Assembly (NCBI GenBank): GCA_029261055.1
Contig: JAJDCA010000068.1
Location: 133,275 to 197,274 of the forward strand
From: Candidatus Omnitrophota bacterium
GTDB lineage: Bacteria; Omnitrophota; Gorgyraeia; Zapsychrales; Zapsychraceae
Direction of reading: 5' to 3'
DNA length: 64,000 nucleotides
In this document: piece after piece, positions 28,583 to 38,005 of the stretch
Layout of the letters: every line of letters starts with the position of its first letter
Numbering within the stretch: position 1 is the stretch's first letter
Translations under genes and position numbers: made by a program
Notes under the pieces: model-generated
Database searches by the model: none
Seen by the model: the letters and a program-made list of their open reading frames with translations, nothing else
What the model was told of the DNA's origin: nothing

Positions 28583-29526
28583 TCCGTAAGATTATCCTGA
28601 ACGTATTGAGATAAAATTTCCGCAGCCTCAATGGTAGCCGGAGAAGGACATATCAAAAGCCCTGATGGAAGATAGACTGTCTGAAGCCCAGGGAATCCTT
28701 TTTTAATCGCTGGATGAGATAAAACATCCCGACGAACCGTTGGCGTATCCACTCTGTAATCAGAAAAGATAATAAGCTCCGGATCCCGCATAATAAGATT
28801 TTCTAATTCCAAATAACGATTACTTCTGGCATGCGATTGCAGCGCAATATTCTCAACACCGGCAGCTTCCATCATAGAATTAATAATGGAATTTGGCCCT
28901 GCTGTCAGCCCACCTGGCCTGTAAAAAACAGATTTAACAGGATTGGACTTTTGGGCATAGAGCCTCTTCAGTCGATCTTCCATATCTTTAATCAAGATTT
29001 CTCCCCGATCATTTTCGTTAATAGCCTCTGCCACACCCCGAATTTGATCTTTAAGTTCACTAAAATTCTTAGCCGTATTAATAACATGCACCTTAATGCC
29101 AAGCTTTTTAAGCATATTTATTTTTTGACGATCATATCTTCCCGTGATGACAATGTCAGGATCGAGAATTAAAACTTCTTCGATTGTACCTGCGGTGGTT
29201 TTAATCCCTTCAGCCAAATCAGCGACACTTGATATGTAAGGAAGCAGTGCTCCTTTCGTAACCGCGGCTATCCTTTTCCGATCAGCTAATCGAAGAACCA
29301 ATTCATCACTGCAAAGATTCATGGAGACAATTCGAGCAGGTTTGGCGAACACCTCATTAACGAGGCTTAATAAAAAAAGAAAACATATCGCAATAAAAAC
29401 AATCCTCGGGGGTTTGGCTTTTTCAATCCCCCGAGGTTTGTTTGCGGTTGATTTAACCATGAACAAACCTCGGGGGATTGCTTGTTTTCTTGAATGCAAA
29501 CCCCCGAGGTTTATTTTTATTTTCAT
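28513..29526 (-). CDS. btuF: Cobalamin ABC transporter periplasmic binding protein
   Basis: Signal peptide ending VFA, then PARIVSMNLCSDELV, EEVL.LDPD, LE.LI..DP; start at 29526 lies 1 nt after the tonB stop. Confidence 0.88.
   Translation of the reverse strand: MKIKINLGGLHSRKQAIPRGLFMVKSTANKPRGIEKAKPPRIVFIAICFLFLLSLVNEVFAKPARIVSMNLCSDELVLRLADRKRIAAVTKGALLPYISSVADLAEGIKTTAGTIEEVLILDPDIVITGRYDRQKINMLKKLGIKVHVINTAKNFSELKDQIRGVAEAINENDRGEILIKDMEDRLKRLYAQKSNPVKSVFYRPGGLTAGPNSIINSMMEAAGVENIALQSHARSNRYLELENLIMRDPELIIFSDYRVDTPTVRRDVLSHPAIKKGFPGLQTVYLPSGLLICPSPATIEAAEILSQYVQDNLTELSSPNILAGDTYSSTGFPLSRE
29393..29520. repeat. Two REP-like doublets (RAYT-associated family) within the btuF 5' coding region
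   Basis: Four copies of CAA(A/T)CCTCGGGGG(T/A)TTG or its complement, plus AACC../..GGTT ends matching the elements at 52631 and 53396. Confidence 0.85.
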
Positions 29527-29527
29527 C

Positions 29528-30163
29528 TCACACACCATCCAACCTAAAAACAAACGGCATCTTCACAACACTCTGAACAGATACACCAAAACGCTGTGCC
29601 GGCTGAAACCGCCACTTCTTTGCGGCCTTGACGGCACTTTGATCAAGAATATCGTATCCAGAAAATTGAACAATAACAACCTTATCTACAAAACCTGTTT
29701 TCGTAATCGAAATATTTAAAATCACCTTACCTTCATAACCTTGCTTCCGTGCTGCACGAGGATATGTCGGCGGTTTATTGTAATATTCATTTACTTTTGC
29801 TTCAACAAATGCACCACTCTTAGAATTTTGTAATGCATTTATATCTACTTTTTCTTTTTTCTTTTTCACTTCACCCTTAATAACCTCATCATTCTTAGGC
29901 TTCGCAGGCTGATCACCTTTCTTCTTTTCTATTTGAATCTGACCTGTCTTGGAAATTGCTACCTTGGGCGTCTCAATTTTTGAAACTTCGATCTTAGCAG
30001 GTTTAACCTTGGGAGCTTTAACAGAAACAAGCGAAATTTCCAAACTCGATGGGGCGGCAATCACATTAAAATCATGCGGTTTAACCCACTGAGCTAAATT
30101 CACCAAAAGCGCAGCATGAATACCCACGGCCCCCACTAATCCCGCCTTTAACTCATTGGTCAT
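29528..30163 (-). CDS. tonB: Energy transducer TonB
   Basis: N-terminal TM with His, Lys/Pro-rich linker, C-terminal P.YP..AR..G.EG.V...G...LD..A..A...W.F.PA domain. Confidence 0.92.
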   Translation of the reverse strand: MTNELKAGLVGAVGIHAALLVNLAQWVKPHDFNVIAAPSSLEISLVSVKAPKVKPAKIEVSKIETPKVAISKTGQIQIEKKKGDQPAKPKNDEVIKGEVKKKKEKVDINALQNSKSGAFVEAKVNEYYNKPPTYPRAARKQGYEGKVILNISITKTGFVDKVVIVQFSGYDILDQSAVKAAKKWRFQPAQRFGVSVQSVVKMPFVFRLDGV

Positions 30164-30572
30164 CGTCTTTCTTTTCCGTTTCGATAAATACTTTTTCTAT
30201 GCCAGCTTTACGCACCAAATCAAATACTTCAATAACACGCCCATGCGAAGCCGCCTTGTCACCATAAATGTACAAATGATTTTTTTGAGCTTCAAAAGAA
30301 GGCTTTAGCAGCTTAAGACGTGCACTTAATTCTTTTTTTGTAATTTTTTGTTTATCTAAGAATATGTCGCCTTCTTTGGTAATACTTATCCCGACATGTT
30401 CCTTTTTTTGTTCAACAGCGGTTGTGGCTTGTGGTAAAGATAAAGGCACTCCTTTATGAACCGACATGGATAAAAAGGCATAGATAAAATACACAAGAAT
30501 AAGAAAAAATGAATCAATCAAAGGCATCATTTCAATCCTGGCTTTTTTGATCGATACCTCGCGTATTTTCAT
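30153..30572 (-). CDS. exbD: Biopolymer transport protein ExbD
   Basis: IEMMPLIDSFFLILVYF (conserved Asp), LP.A, GD....G.V..V.D. Confidence 0.9.
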   Translation of the reverse strand: MKIREVSIKKARIEMMPLIDSFFLILVYFIYAFLSMSVHKGVPLSLPQATTAVEQKKEHVGISITKEGDIFLDKQKITKKELSARLKLLKPSFEAQKNHLYIYGDKAASHGRVIEVFDLVRKAGIEKVFIETEKKDDDQ

Positions 30573-30573
30573 A

Positions 30574-31203
30574 TCAACGCTTTCCCTTTACCCCATGCAT
30601 TTGCGGCAGCTTTTCCATAATGATTTCAAAAACAGAACACACACTTTCCAATTCTTCAACAGCCCTTTGATAACATGTTTGGAAAATGTTGTACGGAATG
30701 AGCGTCATCAAAGCGATGGTTAACCCAAAAGCCGTCGTAATCAATGCCTCTGAAATCCCCCTGGTTACCGCCATAGGATCATTAATCCCTTGATTACCTA
30801 AAATATCAAAAGAAGAAATAATCCCGATAACAGTTCCTAATATGCCCAAAAGAGGGGCTGCCGTAATAACCGTATCGAGAACGGGCAAGTATTTCTTCAT
30901 CCGACGCAACTCAATTAGAGCCTGCGTTTCCAATGCTCTCGATAAAGAATATTCTCTGTGCACCAGGCCATTAAGGAGGGTGCGCGCGATGAAATCCTTA
31001 TTAGAACGCTTAGCCATATCTGTTGCCTCTTCTAATTTTCCTTTTTCTGCAAAAGACAATATACGTTGCGTATCACGCGGCTTTCTTTTTTGTGATTCCC
31101 GCCAAAAGAAAACACTTCTCTCAATGATAAATGTGACAGATACAAAAGACAGCAAAATCAACGGTCCCATCACAATGCCGCCTTTTTCAAATAAGGTTAT
31201 CAT
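30574..31203 (-). CDS. exbB: MotA/TolQ/ExbB proton channel
   Basis: GG.VM.PL, ER, APLLGILGTV.GII..F, GISEALITTA.GL.IA. Confidence 0.92.
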   Translation of the reverse strand: MITLFEKGGIVMGPLILLSFVSVTFIIERSVFFWRESQKRKPRDTQRILSFAEKGKLEEATDMAKRSNKDFIARTLLNGLVHREYSLSRALETQALIELRRMKKYLPVLDTVITAAPLLGILGTVIGIISSFDILGNQGINDPMAVTRGISEALITTAFGLTIALMTLIPYNIFQTCYQRAVEELESVCSVFEIIMEKLPQMHGVKGKR

Positions 31204-31215
31204 TTTATTTCCCCT

Positions 31216-33111
31216 TTAATATGTAATATCCGCCCCTACACGAAACAAGCGAGGTGCATTAGAAAAACCTCTAAGTTCCTGATAAGTTTCATTAAACATA
31301 TTTTCTATTTTCAAAAATGTTTTAACATTCTTATTATGCGCATAGTTAAGCGCCATATCAACCACCGTGTAATCTTTTAACCTGGTCAGTGCAGGATCAT
31401 ACGTCTTAAGATTACGCGTAACATTGACATTCCAATTAAATTTTTCCCAAAAAGAAAAATCAAAATTTATGTTATGTTTCAAGTTAGGACGTCGTCTAAG
31501 GTAGACATCGTTCTGTAAATCCCTAGCCTCCAAATATGTAAAACCATAACTTAAATACAAATTATCCATGGGAGAATATTTGATTTCAGATTCAACCCCG
31601 CTTGTCCTTGCGGATCCAATATTCATATACTTAAACGCCCCTAAATCAAATTCAATCAAATCTTTGAACCTTTGTAAAAAGAATACAGAACTCAACGTTA
31701 ATTTTTGGTCAAATAATTCTTGTTCCAATCCAACATCATAACTCCATGATTTTTCTGCATTTAAAGTACTATCCCCAAAGGATGAAAATAACTGAAACAA
31801 GGAAGGTGCATTAAACCCCGTACCATAACTTCCCTTTAGCCGCGTTTGCGTATCAAACAAATACGAAACCGTTGTCCGCCCTGTTGTATTAACTCCAAAT
31901 CGGGAATGGTCATCGGCACGAAAAGCTAATGTCCAAAACAATTTATCATCCAGCCCTATTTTGTTCTGAACATAATATCCTAAATTTTCCGTACTTACCC
32001 TTGGCGTATTGCTTCCCCGGCTTGAACTTGATTTTCCGGATTCATGGTCGTACTGAAAACCAAAAAGTAATATGTCCTCAATATTGTCATTGAGAGAAAG
32101 TAATTCTCCCACATTCACATCATGCTGCCAATCCGCTTCCTGTAACCACCCTTTAAAGACCGCACGATGGGCCTCGGTTGTGTCTACCGCATCCGCATCA
32201 TCCGAATCCTGACGGACATTCCTGAACCAGGAATAGTTCAATTTTTGATTCCATACATCATTAACATCGTGCTTGGCTGATAAAGCAACAAGACTTTGTT
32301 CAGCTTCAAACAATCGGTTGGGATCATCTTGAAAGGCCCCATCATCACCTTCTGTTCTAGCCGAAAGATACATACCTTGTAGACCAAGTTCTAAATTATC
32401 GGTCGCCTGATAATTCATTCTGGAATTCACTGAACTCCTTGCGTAAGAATCCTCTTCCTGACCATCCCGTGCTTTTGAAATACCATCGCTGTCCTGCCGT
32501 GACATAGCAAAAGAATAGTTCAGCTTACCTGCACTACCTCGCCCTCCCAGAGATTCGGTGTATGTATCCTTGGTGGCCACTTCTGCAGAAGCAAAAAAGC
32601 TCGGTTTCCCTTCCCCCTTTTTTGTAATAATATTGATCACCCCGCCCATCGCATCTGATCCGTAAAGAGAACTTTGCGGTCCTTTAATAATTTCAATACG
32701 CTCCACATTATCCAAAGGCAAATGGGCTAAATCATAATTAGCATCCGCTGTGATCGCGTCATAGATTTTAACCCCGTCGATCATCACAAGTGTATGCGCA
32801 GCATTAGCCCCCCGGATAAAAATGTCATTACCGCCTCCGAACGGACCGTTTGAAAAAGAACCTATCCCAACCTGTCTCTTGACAGCCTCTAAAACCGATC
32901 CGTATTGTCGTTTTTCCATCTCTTCACTTGTAATAACAATAACCGAACTCCCTGTTTGAGACACAGGTTCTTCCAACTTTGAGGCTGTAATAATAACTTC
33001 CTTAGACAAAGAAGGCTGATCATCCTGAGCAAGCCCCAAGTCCGCACCTAACCAAAAAACACTCATGCCTAAAAATAATTTTACCCAAGAATTTCTTTCC
33101 ATCTTTTTCAT
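31216..33111 (-). CDS. btuB: TonB-dependent vitamin B12/corrinoid outer-membrane receptor
   Basis: Signal peptide, TonB box EVIITAS, IFIRG, VMIDG, VERIEIIKGPQSSLYGSDAMGGVINIITK, ENMFN..Y, aromatic C-terminal residue; directly downstream of a cobalamin riboswitch. Confidence 0.92.
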   Translation of the reverse strand: MKKMERNSWVKLFLGMSVFWLGADLGLAQDDQPSLSKEVIITASKLEEPVSQTGSSVIVITSEEMEKRQYGSVLEAVKRQVGIGSFSNGPFGGGNDIFIRGANAAHTLVMIDGVKIYDAITADANYDLAHLPLDNVERIEIIKGPQSSLYGSDAMGGVINIITKKGEGKPSFFASAEVATKDTYTESLGGRGSAGKLNYSFAMSRQDSDGISKARDGQEEDSYARSSVNSRMNYQATDNLELGLQGMYLSARTEGDDGAFQDDPNRLFEAEQSLVALSAKHDVNDVWNQKLNYSWFRNVRQDSDDADAVDTTEAHRAVFKGWLQEADWQHDVNVGELLSLNDNIEDILLFGFQYDHESGKSSSSRGSNTPRVSTENLGYYVQNKIGLDDKLFWTLAFRADDHSRFGVNTTGRTTVSYLFDTQTRLKGSYGTGFNAPSLFQLFSSFGDSTLNAEKSWSYDVGLEQELFDQKLTLSSVFFLQRFKDLIEFDLGAFKYMNIGSARTSGVESEIKYSPMDNLYLSYGFTYLEARDLQNDVYLRRRPNLKHNINFDFSFWEKFNWNVNVTRNLKTYDPALTRLKDYTVVDMALNYAHNKNVKTFLKIENMFNETYQELRGFSNAPRLFRVGADITY

Positions 33112-33127
33112 ATTCTTTCCTTTCAAT

Positions 33128-33174
33128 AAAAAAACCCTTTTTCGTCTTCCGAACCTACAGGAAAGAAAAAGGGC
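33128..33174 (-). terminator. Intrinsic terminator in the riboswitch expression platform
   Basis: Minus strand CCCTTTTTC-TTTCC..GGAAGAC-GAAAAAGGG followed by TTTTTTT, between the aptamer and the btuB RBS. Confidence 0.75.
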
Positions 33175-33224
33175 ACATACAACACATCATAACTTTTTAC
33201 CTCTGCTCGGAGATTTTATTCATA

Positions 33225-33335
33225 AACAGGTTGTGTTCTGACTATGCAAGTTATGGAACATAACTTGCTTACAGTGGCGGCACCGTGGAGTTCTCCGCTT
33301 AATGCAAATAGCGAATCCTCACTTTCCAACCTGTT
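33225..33335 (-). ncRNA. Cobalamin riboswitch (compact, class-II-like)
   Basis: P1 AACAGGTTG/CAACCTGTT; GGAAAGTG, CCACGGTGCCGCCACTGTA and AGTCAGA conserved-like segments; short P6 GCAAGTTATG/CATAACTTGC; upstream of btuB. Confidence 0.85.
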
Positions 33336-33428
33336 CCCTAAAACTTTAAAGATCAATAAACCCAACGCGCGCTAATATATCATGATTTTTAAAATAGTCA
33401 AATTTTAAAATGCCCAACAATAAACGCA

Positions 33429-35084
33429 CTATCGCCGAAGGCTTCCCCCATATGGGGTTTTAATTTTAAATTTTTTACTCAGACCTATGATTTCCTGAAT
33501 AAGCGCCTCATTATTTTCATCGGATTCTAAAAGGCTAATCAAGTGGTAAATTTTATTAAAGGCCCAATTACGGGCAATGGATTCGTCTCCGCCCATAGAC
33601 TCTTCAAAGCTACCTTTAATAATAAATTCATTGACCTTATTATCTCCCTCACCCAAAATCTGCCAGGCAAAATCTTGTTCATCGGTGTACTTGCCGTACA
33701 ATGTAAATTCTGTATTACGGAAAAGATCTGGTAATATTTTTGGAAAAATATTGTCGTCATTCAATCCACTTACATGATATTTCAATTTTAACAATAAAGG
33801 ATCTTTGATCTTTTCGTACATGCTGGACAAATTTCTTCCGATAAAATGTGATCGATAGGAATATTCAGACCAACCTCGATTCTTGTAGGCAATAAAATCT
33901 AAAAGATACCGGTTAACACTCAACCCGCCACTAAAAGTAAAAATAGAAACCTGCCCATTATTCAACGCGGAAATATCATTAATAAGTTTGCGCGAATCGG
34001 TTACACCCCGCGTCGGGTGTCCATCACTGAGAAGAATAATGTAACTCGGCGACTTTATTTCTTCATCCGCAATACTCTTGTAAAGAGCATTGTACGTGTC
34101 TGTTTTTTCACCGGACGTAAGATTCTCAACAAACTTTAAAGCTTCCTGCACATTTTCATCGGTCGGCTCGACCGATGAAGATCGAAATTTATCAGTCGTT
34201 TTCTTAAAGGCTAATATGTTAAATGTATCTTGTGGATTCAGACGATTTAAACTGTATTTAATCCCTTTTTTAAATTCATCCAAACGCTCTCGCTGCGTAC
34301 TCAATGAACAATCGACCAAGAAAATAATTTCTTTCGGTATGGTTGCAAGACGCACACCATCGTCACCGACTTTAATACTGATTTTGTAATACTTTTGCCC
34401 ATCCTCAAGATCTTCATACGTAAACAAAACACTATCGAAAAACCTTTTGAGATTCCCAAGGCGTCTTTTTCGTTTAATAGTTCCTTTGCCTTTTGCCGTT
34501 TCATCCCCTTTTGAAACAGATTCGGAAATAGCCGTCTTTAACTGTGGTGTAAACCCCGGCATTTTGTCAAAGAAATCACCCTCTTCATCCCCGGCATCAA
34601 AAACTTCGTCTGAACCAGCCGTAATATCCATATCCGGTTGTTCGGCAATCTTAACAAGCGCTTCTCTCGTTTTTCGCTTGGCTTTTGGCATCAAATCCTT
34701 GTAATTTTTTCGATCCTCTTCAATCAAGTCAATCTCTTTACGTTTAGAAATAACAGCAGGTTCTTTGACCTTTGCCACTGGTTTATGCAGTTCTGTTTTC
34801 TGTTCAACGTCTATCTGCGCATCAATGGAGGCAATGGTCAACCCTGAATTGGAAAGTGGGCTCTGAAATCTGAGCATCTCTACATACGTCTCTTTTTCTT
34901 TAGCTTGAACTTTGCGGGCAGGCAATGTTGTTTTAAGACTTTTAATCCGAAATAATTTCTTAGATTGAACAACCGGCGTGTAAATAGCTTTAATATCCAT
35001 ATGCGTTGAGGATACAAAAAAAAGCCCGTGGAGCAACAAAGAAATACCGATAGAAAAAAATATTGTTTTTTGATTTCGATTCAT
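33429..35084 (-). CDS. Membrane-anchored von Willebrand factor A (MIDAS) domain protein
   Basis: N-terminal TM GISLLLHGLFF, long charged linker, IIFLVDCSLS (DxSxS), TD, IILLSDG. Confidence 0.85.
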   Translation of the reverse strand: MNRNQKTIFFSIGISLLLHGLFFVSSTHMDIKAIYTPVVQSKKLFRIKSLKTTLPARKVQAKEKETYVEMLRFQSPLSNSGLTIASIDAQIDVEQKTELHKPVAKVKEPAVISKRKEIDLIEEDRKNYKDLMPKAKRKTREALVKIAEQPDMDITAGSDEVFDAGDEEGDFFDKMPGFTPQLKTAISESVSKGDETAKGKGTIKRKRRLGNLKRFFDSVLFTYEDLEDGQKYYKISIKVGDDGVRLATIPKEIIFLVDCSLSTQRERLDEFKKGIKYSLNRLNPQDTFNILAFKKTTDKFRSSSVEPTDENVQEALKFVENLTSGEKTDTYNALYKSIADEEIKSPSYIILLSDGHPTRGVTDSRKLINDISALNNGQVSIFTFSGGLSVNRYLLDFIAYKNRGWSEYSYRSHFIGRNLSSMYEKIKDPLLLKLKYHVSGLNDDNIFPKILPDLFRNTEFTLYGKYTDEQDFAWQILGEGDNKVNEFIIKGSFEESMGGDESIARNWAFNKIYHLISLLESDENNEALIQEIIGLSKKFKIKTPYGGSLRR

Positions 35085-35087
35085 TTT

Positions 35088-35168
35088 AATTAAACCTCGC
35101 TATCGCTCAGCGACTCTTAGTCATCAGTATTTTTTACTGATGTCTGAAGACTGATAGCTGATGACTAA
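35088..35168. repeat. Heptamer-built hairpin plus conserved RBS-containing leader
   Basis: TTAGTCATCAG...CTGATGACTAA with GATGTCT/GAAGACT/GATAGCT/GATGACT units; 35088-35121 matches 53791-53823 at 29/34 positions. Confidence 0.7.
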
Positions 35169-35189
35169 CATTTAAATTCCTAAACATTC

Positions 35190-37589
35190 TTACTCTTCAC
35201 TTAAACTCTTAACTTTTCCCTTCGCCTGTTCTGCAACATGGCTTTTTTCATACATACTAAGAATTTCGGTAAAAACTTTTAAAGCTTCATCATTCTTTTG
35301 TAATTGTTCAAAAATTTCCCCAGCCCTAAAAAGCGACTCTGGACAATAATACTCATCACCGTACAATACGGCGACCAACATGTAATATTTTGTGGCCTCC
35401 TCAGGATTTCCCTTCATATGCTCGACGTTGGCAATCTCAAATCTGGCCCGCATAGCAATAGTTGTATCCTCAGCATAATCAAGTAAGGCTGCGTCAAATT
35501 CCTGCCGCGCTTTGTCCAGCTCATTCATCTTAATCAAACTTTCCCCTTTACCAATATGTGCCGCTCCGCCTTTGATCCCGACCTCAGAACTAGAAAGAAC
35601 AATATCGTAGTATTCCACAGCGTCTGCATACTGCATCAACCCCTTGTAAGCCTCTGCCCTTAAATAAGCTATTTGCATTATCACATCTTCGCTCTGTTCC
35701 CCCTGGTTCACCTTCCCTAAAATACGCAAGACATCATCAAATTGTTTTTCCCCTAAATACACATCCGTAATCCAAAGATATGTATTGATATCTAAATCTG
35801 CTTTATCAAAATCTGTAATAATCTTGTCAAAGATTTTAATCGCTTCATCATCTTTTTTTTGATTCAAATAAATCAACCCTCTATTCTTAAGAGAAGAATA
35901 ATATCTCTTCGTATCATTTTCTTGAGGCGTAATTTTTTCATAATAGGTTAATGCCTCATCGGGTTGCTCTGCTAACTGTAGATTGTACGCGAGAAGAAAA
36001 TAAACATCTTCAATACGCTTACTATTTGAATGCTCCTTCTCGTACCGTTTTAAAATATCAACCGCCATGCCATGCCTCTTTGCTGCCGAATAAAGACCCC
36101 CCAAATGAAATAACACCTTCTCCGTACGCTTATCTTTCGGGAATGTCAGCAAATACATTTCGCTATGCGCAACCGCTGTTTGAAGATTACCCAGCTCTTT
36201 ATGGATTAAAATTTCATTAAAAAGAGCTTCTTTTTGCTTATCCTCATCCTCACCTTTTTCAAAATATTGATAAAACAAATCGCCAGCTTCTTTTACTTTG
36301 CCTAAAGAATTTTGGGCATGCGCCATTCCATAAATAGCATCCTGCGCATATTTTGACTCCGGAAATTCTGTAGCTAATTTTTGATATGCTACAAAAGCAG
36401 AATCAAAGGCTTTCATCCCATAATGGGCTTCGCCTTCAAGAAAAATAAGCTGTGCTTTATCCACGGTAGCATCCAGACTATTCGATTTTATGAGCGTAAG
36501 GGCTTCTTCAAATTGCGCTGCACGCACTTTAACCTCAGCCTTTTTGAGAAGAATCTTTTGTTGGTCTTCAGCCGGCAACGAAGGCATGGCGGATATTTTT
36601 TCCAGAAGCGCCAACGCCTCATCAGAACGTTTAAGTTCGGCATAAGCACTCGCCACAGTAAAACGAAGACTAAAAAACTTTTGATCCTCCGATACAATAC
36701 CTTGATACCCCTGGTAACTTTCAATCAAGGCCTCATATTTAGCCAAATTAAATTGCGCTAAAATAAGATTAGTGAAAGCATCCTTAGCCATAGCAAGATC
36801 AGCATACTTCTCTAAGAATTCCTGAAACGTCTTCACCGCATAGGTGTAGTTCTTTGTTAAAAACTGTGCCTCACCTTTTTTGTACAAAACCAAACTTTTT
36901 AAGTCAACCGTCTCAGCAACTTCATAGGCCCTGTCATAATAGTCTATCGCCTTGAAATTTTTTCCTTCATGTGCAAACATATCTCCCAGCTCAAGCAAGG
37001 CATGGATGGTCCGCTTACTGGTCTTTAACACACTTTCCGTTTTTTCAAAATACTCCATCGCCTTGGCAATTTCCCCCTGAGCCTTGTATGTCTTACCTTT
37101 GTAAAAATACAATATTTGGATAAAATCTTTATCGAGACCATCGATAGTAACAGCCTCAAAGGAAGATAAAGCTTGCGAATATTGACCCGTAAAAAAATAA
37201 CACTGCCCCAGGCGTAACATTGTTAAAATCTTTTTAGAAGATTCAGGAAACAATATTTTGTATTTCATGTAAGCCTTAATGGCCTCAGCGTAGGTCTTAG
37301 AAAAAAATAAACTTTCTCCAATCGCAAAATAGGCCTCATGCAAATCCGGACTATCTGAGAAAAGCTTAATAAATTTCTCATACTCCGCAATCGCCATCGG
37401 ATAAAGTTCACGTTGAAAAAGTCCATGTGCAAAGTCAAGCTGCTCAATATCCTTAGCCACTTCTTTAACCTCGCCGGCACTAACATTTTCATTTGCAAAA
37501 ATCGGAGATACTCCAAAAGAAACCATACCCACAACAAATAGCCCCGTCGCCAGTATCATCAAATATTGCTGTCTTATTTTCTCTTTCAT
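35190..37589 (-). CDS. Exported multi-TPR protein (BamD/YbgF-like repeats)
   Basis: Signal peptide ending IFA; many TPR/YfiO-like repeats (A...Y..F...FP.S). Confidence 0.85.
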   Translation of the reverse strand: MKEKIRQQYLMILATGLFVVGMVSFGVSPIFANENVSAGEVKEVAKDIEQLDFAHGLFQRELYPMAIAEYEKFIKLFSDSPDLHEAYFAIGESLFFSKTYAEAIKAYMKYKILFPESSKKILTMLRLGQCYFFTGQYSQALSSFEAVTIDGLDKDFIQILYFYKGKTYKAQGEIAKAMEYFEKTESVLKTSKRTIHALLELGDMFAHEGKNFKAIDYYDRAYEVAETVDLKSLVLYKKGEAQFLTKNYTYAVKTFQEFLEKYADLAMAKDAFTNLILAQFNLAKYEALIESYQGYQGIVSEDQKFFSLRFTVASAYAELKRSDEALALLEKISAMPSLPAEDQQKILLKKAEVKVRAAQFEEALTLIKSNSLDATVDKAQLIFLEGEAHYGMKAFDSAFVAYQKLATEFPESKYAQDAIYGMAHAQNSLGKVKEAGDLFYQYFEKGEDEDKQKEALFNEILIHKELGNLQTAVAHSEMYLLTFPKDKRTEKVLFHLGGLYSAAKRHGMAVDILKRYEKEHSNSKRIEDVYFLLAYNLQLAEQPDEALTYYEKITPQENDTKRYYSSLKNRGLIYLNQKKDDEAIKIFDKIITDFDKADLDINTYLWITDVYLGEKQFDDVLRILGKVNQGEQSEDVIMQIAYLRAEAYKGLMQYADAVEYYDIVLSSSEVGIKGGAAHIGKGESLIKMNELDKARQEFDAALLDYAEDTTIAMRARFEIANVEHMKGNPEEATKYYMLVAVLYGDEYYCPESLFRAGEIFEQLQKNDEALKVFTEILSMYEKSHVAEQAKGKVKSLSEE

Positions 37590-38005
37590 TCATCCTTCCT
37601 TGTCGCAAACGAAATATTCCAAATGTTCGCTTTCGCGCAAGCGTCTAAAACGTTCACTACGGATTCATGGTATGTTTTTTCATCCGCGCGAATAATCACC
37701 GGCTGACTCGGAAATAAAGATGCAATTTTCTGCAACATTGCTTCTAATTCCACAATGGCTAACTTTTTTTGATTAACGATCACAGCACCATCTTTGGCCA
37801 CATTAATAATAATTTCGCCAGGACTTCTAACCGCTTCTTTAGCTTCTTGCGCCTTGGGTACGCTGATACTGATTTCTGTTTCCTGTTGATTAAAGATCGA
37901 AAGCGTCATAAAAAAAACTAATGTCAAAAACACAATATCGATCAACGGTGCCATTTGAATTAAAGGTCTTTGTTTTTGATATTCGGATATGGTAAATCGC
38001 GCCAT
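37586..38005 (-). CDS. exbD: ExbD/TolR family protein
   Basis: IQMAPLIDIVFLTLVFFM, VIIRAD....E.VV.VLD.C. Confidence 0.88.
   Translation of the reverse strand: MARFTISEYQKQRPLIQMAPLIDIVFLTLVFFMTLSIFNQQETEISISVPKAQEAKEAVRSPGEIIINVAKDGAVIVNQKKLAIVELEAMLQKIASLFPSQPVIIRADEKTYHESVVNVLDACAKANIWNISFATRKDE

Noticed and set aside
33149-33158. Riboswitch terminator loop resembling the REP at 63.0 kb (CCGAACCTAC)
   Set aside because: Only a 10-11-nt match without the REP ends
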